64,000 nt of DNA from Chrysomallon squamiferum. Its lineage: Eukaryota; Animalia; Mollusca. This document shows, piece after piece, positions 27,776 through 38,900 of the stretch. The stretch covers positions 4,030,001 through 4,094,000 of the forward strand of contig CM022665.1 in assembly GCA_012295275.1 (NCBI GenBank). The letters are read 5' to 3'. The notes beneath the pieces were generated by a model that was not told the origin of the DNA, did not search any database, and saw only the letters and a program-made list of their open reading frames with translations. Within the stretch, counting starts at the first letter, position 1; each line of letters opens with the position of its first letter. The translations under genes and the position numbers were made by a program.

Positions 27776-30575
27776 AGATAATGATGTACAAGTCAACAAG
27801 TTGAAGATAAACCCTTCTGTTATAAGAAGGATATGTGAAACTGATAAGGTTTATTTACATTTCAGTGGTTTGTGAATAAACTTATGGGGGTTTGTGGGTT
27901 GTTTTTGTTTTTTTCAGTATCCACTTTCTTTCTGGTTTATTTAATTGTGTTCAGAAAATAAAAACAGTATTAAAAACTTTCATCACCATACTTTTGATGT
28001 TGTTACTTCATTGCTATTGCAGATAGTTTTTTCTCTCTCAAAAACTTTTTATTATTCTTTATTTTTATTTTGTATTTATTTATTTTTATTTATATTTATA
28101 ATGTTGTTTTGGGGGGAGGGGTATTTTAAATAAGTTATGGAATTATAATTCCTCCAATGCTCAGTAAATAGTAAAATTCACAATTTCAGGTAAATAAAGA
28201 TATTTTGCTTTAACTGAAAATTCATAATTGATCACAGATGCACACAGTTACGTGCATAAGATGAAACACATTACTTATTAAAATGTATATTATATTTGTA
28301 TAAATTCTTTGAAAGTCTTTGCATATAAAATCAGAGAATATTTTTGGTAATAAACCAGATTTAAATTGGTTCCCAAGATACCAGTTTTACCATTCTTCGG
28401 TCTGCTTCACATCATTTCATGTTGTCTTCTGCCACAACTTTTCCTCAGGTTTTCTACTTTTTTTTTCTCATACCCCAGATCCAGATTTAGATATAAACTA
28501 AACAAGGTATATGTTAGAGGCAACACAACCAGATGATGCCTTTGAGAATTTCAGTTCAGCCTGGGTTTTTTTTGTTGTAAAATGAACATTTCTCAAAACT
28601 TGTTTCCACCTCTAAATCCAGTCCTGCCTACTGTTGTAGATTTTAGCCAGAACATCTTGTTCAAGTGCTGGTTCAGCTTACAATCTATCCTGTGTTAGGA
28701 CAGGATTTGACACTAGTTGTCAGTGTCTGGTTTCTTTTTATATACATAATGCATCAGATTCATTGGAGGGGATTTTTCATTGTTTTTTCGATGATTTTTT
28801 TTTTCTTCTGTTATTATTAATAATTAAAATTAAACACTCAGGTTATTTGCTGGGGGGGGTTGTGTTGGTGAATAGTACATTTTTTTATATTTTTTTTATT
28901 ATTATTTTTTTGATGTTTGACCGATTTCAATATGTTAATTACATTCAGTATAAACATGGTGGTATGCAGATGAGTATATTATAATGTATTATTTTTGGGA
29001 GTAGGAGGAATTAATTGTCTATGGTAAATATATTTTTAAAAATGATTTTTAGAATTTATTAGACAAAAAAAAAAGAAGAAGAAAAATTTCTAAATAATAA
29101 CATATTATTAGTTTAGTGCACATACACATTAATAAATCACCACTCATTTGTTTTCTTATTTTTATTTTTTGTTCATTTAAAATAAACATAATTCAGAGAA
29201 ATATGGTTAAACATTATAACTTTTGATAGATATACAGACAAGAGATATATTTAATTAAAATATAATTTTTCTGAGTTCCATAATCCAAGGTATGTCACCA
29301 TCTTTCCAACTGCCAGTGAGTTGTAAACTTATACAACCAATGTCTGTACACTTCATACTGAAATTTCTAACCAAACAAATTTTGTTTCTCTCACATTATG
29401 GGCACAAGCTTAATCTGTGTCCAGGTAAATGCTGCTATTAAAGGAGAAGATTTTACTGGAATATATAATATAGAAAGATCAGAAATTGTTTATTATTATC
29501 CAGATTACAGTCTTGAACAACAACACAATTGCTCGTAAACACATAAAACATCCATAGAGCAGTAAAGTGCTTGTTATCACTAGAATAACAAATAACAGTT
29601 AAGGAAAATATTAAAAATTATTTGGAAATAAAATATTAAATATTTTTAATTTATGCAACTGTAACAAATAAGAGAATACAATCACTGAAAATGATATTAA
29701 AATTAAGTGGGTATAAATAATTATATAATATGTGTGTGGGTGTGGGTGTGGGTGTTTTACATATACATATACATATACATATACATACATATATTAGAAA
29801 TGTTTTTGGTTTTGTTAAAATAATATTAATGCATAATAATTACAAAGACGAATATTTAAACCATTTTTTATTTTATTTTTTAATTTCATTATCTATAATT
29901 AATATTATTTTTAATGTTTAACGGGTCTTAATTTAAACCATATGCTCGTACACTCGTAACAGGGTAATTAAAATGTTATGTTTTATTTACTAATGGACTA
30001 TATGCGGTGCCACTTGATTAAATAACTGTTTTTAAGTTTTCTAAACTTTTAAATATGTTGAAGGTTTTTTTTTACATCTGTCTTACAGTTCGCCAGGGGG
30101 CGGTTAATTACCGGGACATTTTTCATGTATCATTTATGAAACGTTATGTAAACCATACGTAAACATCCCTTTCTTCAACAATGTCGGGTTCTGCTCATTG
30201 GATCAACCAGGAACAGACATAACCAAATCTCGTCTTACGTACTGCATAGTTTTCGTTGTAGAAAAACTCAATACTAAAAATACCGCAGTGAAACCGTATG
30301 CAAGTAGATATTACAAGCGCTGTTTTTGCCGCACGCTGTTATCCACTCACAGCTCTTACTACGTCACTCTGCCTTCATAGCGCAGCGGTATAATTTATTC
30401 CTTCCGGTATGGATCGCTAGCTGGAGAGAGCGGCCATAACGCGTTCCACATTCCGCACACCGCGGACGAAGGAAAAATTTAAAAAAAACTTAAGAGCGAT
30501 CAGATGCTTAAAACGTATATTTGATTACAGCAATAACAGTTATTTTTTCATATGTATATATATATATAAAAGACG

Positions 30576-31978
30576 ATGCCACGTGGTAAAATACTGAGTG
30601 ACGTCATTATTAAGAAATTAGTTGAAGTTGTGAAGAAACACCCTGTCATTTATGACGCCAGTGACAAAAGTCGCATGGATGCTCAAAAAGTTAGCGAAAC
30701 GTGGGACAGTATAGCACAAATATTCAACATCCCAGGAATCGATGGTGAGCGTCGTTTGCCTTTGCAATTAAAAGCTGCTTAATTTCGATCTTGTTGTTTA
30801 TTAATTAATTAATTTATTTAGTAGTAGTAGTAGTAGTAGTAGTATGTAGTAGTATTAGTATTTCGAGTAATGATTTTCAAAACCAAAAAGAAATATTTCC
30901 TTCCATGAAGCTGTTCCTGAAATTGTAGCAATATATTTATTTATTTATTTATTTATTTATTTATTTTAACGTATGTAATAATACTATCTCGTTTTCTTTC
31001 ATTAAAAACTGATACATTTGTTAAATGAACGTTGATCGCGTCTGCTCTTGTCCCGAATTAATTCCCTTTAGGCGCCCTCCTTCCCAAAACACCCCAGACA
31101 CCGAACTATAAGTATAAATGGTATAACAATAATTACAGTCATCTGTGTACGTGTGTATTTCCGCAGGTAAAGGTTGGCGAGCGAAATGGCGAAATTTGCG
31201 AGACAACTACGTTAAACAGAGAAGACACTTGAGAGAAAAAGGTAGCGGAGATGCGGGTAGGATCAAGAAAAAGTGGAAATTCTTTGATCTGCTCTCATTT
31301 CTTGAACCATTCATTCGCGACATTGCAGAAAATGAGTTGTAAGTACAGTATACTTCAAACTGTGCTATACTTTATTCAGTAAACGATTTTATTTATTTAC
31401 ATGATGTATCTGTTGCCAAAGGTAAAAGTACTTGAAGTCACCACCAGTTATCAAAAGATTTAACTTACGTATTTATTTCAGCTCATGAAGATTCAGATTC
31501 GTTTGAAATATCAAATATCTTATCAGAAAGCAAATTAATTTTAAAAAAAATAAATAAATAAATAAAAAATAACTCACTTTTTTATTTCAGATCTGCTTTT
31601 AGCTCCCTGGAAGATTCCGATTCGTTTGAAATAACTCCATGTGTTGTCAAAAGTGAAAAGCGGAAGAGAAGTGATGAACGTTCGACAGAAAACGATAATT
31701 CTTCATTTTATGTATCTTTAAACGATTACAGTAACGAAATAAGAAAAAATCACGACCCGCTGCTAGTAAATGCAGACAGAGATGCTGAGAATTTGCTCTT
31801 TGAAAGTTACGCCTTGCGACTGAAGAATCTTCCGACTGAAACCCAGGCTTTCGTTAAGTTACAAATGTCACAGATTTTTTTCAACGCCGAAAATCCAAAT
31901 GTTTCTCCTGTCCCTGTTACGCCACTTCCATCAAACATTCATTGTCAGTCACTGGCAGAAATAAACGCTGATCAGTGA
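30576..31978 (+). CDS. MADF (Myb/SANT-like, Adf-1 type) domain protein with C-terminal BESS-like motif
   Basis: Exons 30576-30744, 31167-31338, 31591-31978 with matching phases. MADF signature LVEVVKKHPVIYD...W..IA...KWRNLRDNY...KWKFFDLLSFL. C-terminal DAENLLFESYALRLKNLPTETQAFVKLQMSQIF resembles BESS. Confidence 0.88.
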
Positions 31979-32143
31979 ATTTACTAATAATAATGTTTAT
32001 GTTCGTTTTCTGAAAAAACTTATCTGAATTGTGTAGGATCGAGATTATAAAATAAATTAAAACAATAATTAAAACTGTTTATAAAAACGTGGCGATTTGA
32101 CTAAGATTGGTGCTTGGTGGGCGTAGAACTTCGCTGGAGGGAA

Positions 32144-32174
<31 letters not shown>

Positions 32175-32826
32175 TAGAGATAGAGATGGATAGAAATAGA
32201 GATAGATTAGGTGAAAACTAGGGGACTGTAAAAAGCGTAGAAAGTCGTAAAAAGATAATGGAGAGTACGGTGCGTCCTTACGCTATGCGACGAACTGTTG
32301 AAACATTAAACATAAACCTATATTAAATAAACTTTTATTTAAACTTAAAAGAATATAATTTAACTTTAATTCTAAAAGTATTGTGAATTTGTTGGGTGTG
32401 CCACCTTTTATATTTTACCGTATACAAATCGAATGCTGTGTTTTGTCTAGCTAAACCTTTTAATCCGGTTTTGGAGTTTCACCTCTAGTGCAGGATTTTA
32501 AAATACGATTCGGCTGCTGTTCGTAAACACTTAAATATCTATTTTGTATTCATAATTTTTAAGATAAGCTTACGACATTCGTTTTGGTGTCTCTTACGTC
32601 GACTTAAAGGCACAATTCACTGGAAGTTTAATATAGTTAATAATCCTCAAAACAACGCTTATTCAGTTGACAGCGCTATAATCGGATAGTGTTTCTGGCT
32701 GTCAAAAGCTTTGCAAAGATGATGAAGCCAGATTATTTATTTAATTCATGGTCTAAATATATTTTGGGAAATATTATCAGTAAAACTTTTGTATCATCGA
32801 CGTTAAACTTGACCAGTGCCTGTTGT

Positions 32827-33296
32827 CAGTACCGGATTAACCCATGATAGGCCCCTTTGGCTTCGAGCTTCTTTGGGTCCCTCAACGTCCCTCCACGTAA
32901 ATTTCGCGCTCTCCTTTCATATAATTTATTACAATAATATTACAAATGAAGTAATTAATGGAATAGCAAAGAAAATAATATCATTTTATCAGACAACCGT
33001 TACTTAGCATATGTAAGCGAGGTAGTCACAGAATACAGGTACTGTCCTGAAAAGTTGAACATACAGAGGCCTATATACGTATCTAACTACTTGAACCTTT
33101 TTCATGTTAATCTTTCAACAATCTGATCCAGAATAAAGTTTAACGCACCCTTACTTCTCTCGTATCAGAGAGGATTCCTCCATATATCAGTTTCGTGACG
33201 TATACTTCGTGTTAACATTTAATAGTTAAAGGGGATAATGGAGCTGCAGGACACCTAGGCTTCAGCCTAGTCTGCCTTAGGCATAACGCGGCTCTG
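32827..33296. mobile_element. Non-autonomous hAT-like MITE (about 470 bp)
   Basis: Degenerate TIRs CAGTACCGGATTAACCC and (reverse complement) CAGAGCCGCGTTATGCC. Flanks CCTGTTGT (32819-32826) and CCTCTTGT (33297-33304) form an 8-bp TSD with 1 mismatch. Subterminal palindrome CTAGGCTTCAGCCTAG. Confidence 0.55.
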
Positions 33297-35387
33297 CCTC
33301 TTGTAACAATATTTAAAATATCGTACAGTCTTTCCATCCTGAGACTGCTTCATTTTCGAAACGAAAGAAAAATGAATCCTCGTTTCGTAATGGCATACTT
33401 CAAGTTTGCGAATACTTGGATCCAAGATGCATTATTATGGTTATGTATTTAACATCTAACGGGGTTCGTTTATATTCTGAGTGCGTCACTTATCTTGTTG
33501 TAAGTAAAACCAATGCAGGATTTTAGATACTGTGACGAGGCAAGTTGTTCGAAAGAACGTGATGTATAATATTAATATTTGATGTTACCAAAAGATGTTT
33601 AGTTTTGTTACTCTTTTGTCGTTACTGAAATGCTTGATCTGTATTCCAACTGAAGTTTTATCTCTCGCATCCTCTATTAAAGAAAATTCTTCAAAGGCTC
33701 AGTGTACACAAAACATTAAGTACACTTACACAAGTGCGTATATTTAATATATATACATACAAAAATACATATATACATATAATATATATACATATAAATA
33801 CACATTGTGTATCTATATTAAGAAATAGAACTGATGAAAGGATATTAACAAAAACCTTCTCCATTGGCTCTAATCCATTCACATTAAGGCACAGAATTAA
33901 AGACCAGTTTACGAACCACCGTTTTATTTTCTTCTTGTAATCCATCTTGACTGCCATGGATAAATGAAGTGGTGTCTATGACAATGAGGTTGCAAAAGAA
34001 AGCACTATGGCATTGTGGGTAAACATTTTTATTGAAAATTAATGTTCTCCACCAACACATTCAGATAACTGTTTTAATGACATCACTCAAATGTGACTGA
34101 TACACTGTTTTTTAATTAAAAATATAAATTGAAATTGTGAAATTCATAATTATGGAAATACAATTTTTTTTTTTTTTTTTTTAACAACTGGTCCAGATGA
34201 TTTTATCTGATATATATACATATAATTATTTATTTATTTATTTTTGTTTTTTCATGTGGTTTTCTCACATGGAATTTTTTTAACTTCAAATGAAATTAAT
34301 TTTTAACAGATAACAGGCATTTGTTGACAAAGATGTCTGATGAAATCTTTAAATAATTTTGATACTTATAAGTTATTTAATAATAAAATAAAATGTAAAA
34401 AAAGTAATAATGATAATTATTATTAAACTTCTCCGTATTACAAAATCAGCACCTAAAGCCTTAAATAATCAAATAGATGACCTGTCAGAAATATTGCAGA
34501 AACAATTTTCTATATCTGTATTTTTTTTTATGTATTTCCACCACTCCCCAAGGTTGTTGCATATTTTGTTGTCAGCTATCAGGTACTTTCAGTGGTATCT
34601 ACAAATGGCACAAATTAATTCTGTATAGACCTATATAGAATGTATTTAAAATAAAACCATAAAAAAGTATTTGCATCAAAACAATATAAAAACAAGCTTG
34701 AAAGCAAGACTGACATTCTGTCATGTTTTGTTACAGCATTTTTCATTTGGTTTTTTTTGGTACACGTACAATATTTGATTAAACAAAATATGGAAGCATA
34801 AATAAAACAAAATACTTAAAACATTTTCTTTTTATTTGTTATCAAAATGTTCAGTAATTTCAAACTATGAATAAGTGTTTGTTATGAGTTGAACAATGTA
34901 GCACCATACATTTAACAATTTACCTCAGGAGCAATCACAATTTATGAAATTGCAACAGAAATGACTGACATGCACCCTGTTCTTATTGTTAAATGATCAT
35001 GAAAATTAAAGACAGTATCAATACAGTGGTTAATTAATAATCATGTTAAATGATGTGGAATTTTTTTTTTAATCAATAACATATAAACCAGAGCTTCTTA
35101 ATGACATGACATGTGATACAGTATAAAAAAAATATAAAAAAAAAATTCTGTTTTCATGAATATAATACATTGGTGCTCAATATGTTGTTGTTTCAAACCA
35201 AAATACCTAAAATTAAAATACATTTGAAAATTAAAAAATCTATGGGTGTGTTTATTCTTCTAGAAAGAAGCCATTTCAAGTTCTTATGTCAAATAATAAC
35301 ATTGTTCTTTTGAGTTGATCCAACAGTTGGTGATAGTCTAAATAAAAATAAGGAAGATGTATTCCTATTTGAATGGAGTGAAAATGA

Positions 35388-37064
35388 TCATGTTGCTGTA
35401 CCAGCAGTGGTTTCCTTTGGTAACTGTCGAATTAGTGTGATGTTGTCTCCTTTTAGCATTATTCTATCTGAAAAATAACAACAGATTTATTACTTATAGA
35501 GTGCTGTTATTTCATTAACAGTAACAATGAATTATAATGCTTAAAAAAATCCTAGTGATGAATAATGCAAGTAATTTTTTTAATTTTTTTTTAAAAACTG
35601 AAACTATCATTCTATATTCAAGCTATTAATGGGGAAAAAAAGAAAGACAGAAAGAAACATTTATTAACAATGCACATAACCAGGGATCAAACACCAAATT
35701 TCAATAAAAATATATTTTTTTTTTTAAAGGACCAAATCTACATGAATTTAATTCAGGGGCAACGACATTTGGTATGATACACATTATATATCATGACAAT
35801 GAGGTATGCTTATCACTGCAGCATGTTCTAACATCCTACACTACAATACACACACCCTTGGAGTTCACATGATTGGAATTAGATGCAGTCTACATAACAT
35901 ACACACATATAATCAAAAGACAATCAATAAAGAAATATTTAAAAAAAAAAAAAAAAAAAAAAAATTGGATCAATACAACTGTGCTGCATACCATGCTGTT
36001 GACAAATTTTCTGATAAAAACATGTTTTGCACAAAATGCTGCTGCCAGCAACAAGAAGAACAGAAACCCAAAAGACTTGAGTTCTTAATTTTCACTACTT
36101 TTATGTGTTGGAATGTCATGGGTTTTAAGATCTGTGGGAACCCTGATAACACATTTTTAATCTACAGCTGTATGATATATTTAAATTAACACATAGTTAA
36201 TAACAAGTGAAGTGTCCTTTAGCTCTAAATTTAAAAGACTTCATAAAATGTTCTACTTTATTTATTTATTTATTGGTTTTAATTTTACCTTTGTTTAGTT
36301 ACTGAACAATATAAAAAGATGTATCAACATAATACATTATTATGATATCTTACTAGGTATGAACTTACTTAATGTTTTCCTGTTGCCTGTTTTCATGTGA
36401 ACTTCCTCTGCATCATCCAGAACAAGATTCATGTACTCATCAAAACCCTGAAATAAAACATTTAAATAGTCATGATACAACTAAACTGATTATTTAAGAC
36501 TGATGTTGAGAAATATCTTCACAACATTAAATTATTTCAGTAATTTAGTTTAACAAACAAAAGTAAAGACTGATGTAACCACACTGAACTCATTGTGAAA
36601 TATAAATGAAAGTATTTTATATGTAATACAATATAAATAAAGAAATATGTAACTTTCTAAACATCCTGATGTAAATTCTTGTGCATTTAGAAATTACAGC
36701 ATTTTTTTTTCTAGTTAATATTTTTTTTACACAAATATTTTCTGAATGTACCAGAGATATGGAGCTAAAACAGTTAATATAAATACTAACTAAAAGAACT
36801 TACTGCTGACAAAATGTATAAATTATTTTTCTTAAATTTGTTTCCCCCAAATGTCAAAGAAGTTAAATATAAATAAGATAATTCCATGCTAACTTACCAC
36901 AATACAACCTTCTATTCTGAGATTAACTTGTTCATACAACCATACTTGAATTCTTGATCTCTGCAAAACAAATTTATCACATGATAATGGTAAGCTTACA
37001 GATTAAAAATTGAATTTATGAATAAGTATAACAATAATTTTCAACTTTCAAGAAGACATTTTAC

Positions 37065-37102
<38 letters not shown>

Positions 37103-38778
37103 TAATAATTTTTTAATTTTAATAACAATCTTAGATTCTTAGAGTAAAATCTCCAAAATATAAGAACAGACAACAATTTATTTCTCTCATTAACATTTTT
37201 CAGTTTGTTGAAAATAAAATTTACAGAAGTTAGGAAGAAATATTTTTTAATACTCACATTTTGTAAATATCTGAAAATCAAATTCTGGAGCAAAGTCAAG
37301 GAAATATTTTGATGTATTAAATTATACTAAAACAGAAATTACAAAACAAAGATGAAAAAGTAACTGTTGATGATTAAAACAATTTTACATTTATGACTTC
37401 ATTTAAAAATAATATCACCTCAAAATAAGTTTCAATTCTTAATGTGACTTTTTTTTTTTTTTTTTATATTTTATTAAATAAATGGATAAAATTCTGACTA
37501 TATATTAGTATTGATGGAACAATATCTTCTGTCCTGGCTTGGTAAACACTAATTCTTTTAAAATAAGACATTATGAAAAATAATTAGTCCTCTTTAAGTA
37601 CAGACCTGATATTCTTGTAAATGTATTTTTTAAGTTCACAACACAGATAAAAGTAAATACAAACTACTGCAAAATTTCTAACTTGTTCATCAAACTCTGT
37701 CATGCATAATGTACAGAATCACACATTAATCTGCAATACAGATTTAGATACTGAAATGGTCTAAAGTCTTTCAAATGATTCTAGGAAAAAGTCACAATTT
37801 TTAACTAATTTTTAATATATTGGCTTGATCTTTCATGGAATTGCATGGTGAGACGGATGTGGGTCTGATCTGCAGCATGATTGTGAGGTTCAACTGCTTC
37901 TGGGTGCTCTGTCTGAAAGTCTGTTAACACAGAACCTCAACAATTACCAGTAGATCTTTTCACACATTACTTGTTTGGATACAGATTTTGTTACCACCCG
38001 TATTGCTATGAATAACTTCCATTTTAAATATACTTCTGATACTAGAGCTAGCTGGATATTATTTAGTGAAACACATTTTATATCTATCCTAATCAGTAAG
38101 CTAGAACCAATTATCACCCCTGCATAATATGAAGCCTTTCTTTAATCTAATCTAATTGACCTAATCAATAAGCTTAACAATTTCCCCATACAAACTATGA
38201 TGCCACATTCAAAACTCTAGAAACCCATGCATTTTGTTATGTAAAAATTGTGACTTTTTTCAAATATCTCTATACTTAACACTGCTGGTCTACAATTTGT
38301 ACAAGAGTGTGGCTGTCCACTTTTGTTTTGTTTTTCTGCATTTCACTTTTAAATAATTAGTTTGAAAGAAAGTAACTTTTTATCACTGATATTACTACGT
38401 GGGTTAAATATAAATGTCTCTCATTATCATGAGGTGTAAACAAATACTATTAGTATTATATATGTTATTGATAAAGCTGAATGGGATCCCGTAGATGGAT
38501 AGACTTGATATTGGGGAATAAATATATTAATTATTATTGCTGTTTAAAGAAACAAAAATTTATACATTTAATGAATGAGAATCATTTAGTGGTTCTACAT
38601 ATTAAAGTGCACAAATACTTATATACTGATCAAACACTTCAAAATGTGAAAACTGATAATATCACGTTTATAATTCTACTACTGAACAAAGACAAAAATA
38701 TATATTTTTTTAAATAGAAAAGGATACAATTGGTTGCACCATAACCTTCTGAACCTTTTGACCGCCTTTGTAAGCCAT
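35388..38778 (-). CDS. SNRPE: Small nuclear ribonucleoprotein E (SmE), 99 aa
   Basis: Exons 38778-38728 ([17 protein letters not shown]), 37284-37258 (NLIFRYLQN), 36960-36898 ([21 protein letters not shown]), 36447-36369 ([17 protein letters not shown]), 35467-35388 ([12 protein letters not shown]...). Near identical to metazoan SmE. Confidence 0.97.
37285..38727 (-). other. U12-type (minor spliceosome) GT-AG intron, SNRPE intron 1
   Basis: 5' splice site GTATCCTTTT starting at 38727; branch site TTCCTTGAC (37303-37295) about 10 nt before the CAG acceptor, with no long pyrimidine tract. Confidence 0.93.
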
Positions 38779-38890
38779 AGTGATATGTTACTGTCTGAAA
38801 TGCTGTTTTCAATTTAATAAAAAATTTTTTCGTAGAAACACGTTGTAGGATCGCACCGGAAAATGCTGTCGATAAATACGACAGCGCGGG

Positions 38891-38900
38891 CAAAATGGCG
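38891..38900 (+). promoter_or_regulatory. YY1-type motif in the CpG-rich SNRPE promoter/5' region
   Basis: CAAAATGGCG within a local CpG-rich patch (about 38830-38945), some 115 nt upstream of the SNRPE ATG. Confidence 0.45.

Noticed and set aside
15169-30454. GGACTGTGGAACGC / GCGTTCCACATTCC as TIRs of a 15-kb element
   Set aside because: A 13/14 inverted match at any distance is expected by chance in 64 kb, and no TSD is present.
32604-32625. TTAAAGGCACAATTCAC as a Kolobok-type element end
   Set aside because: No matching inverted terminus was found nearby.
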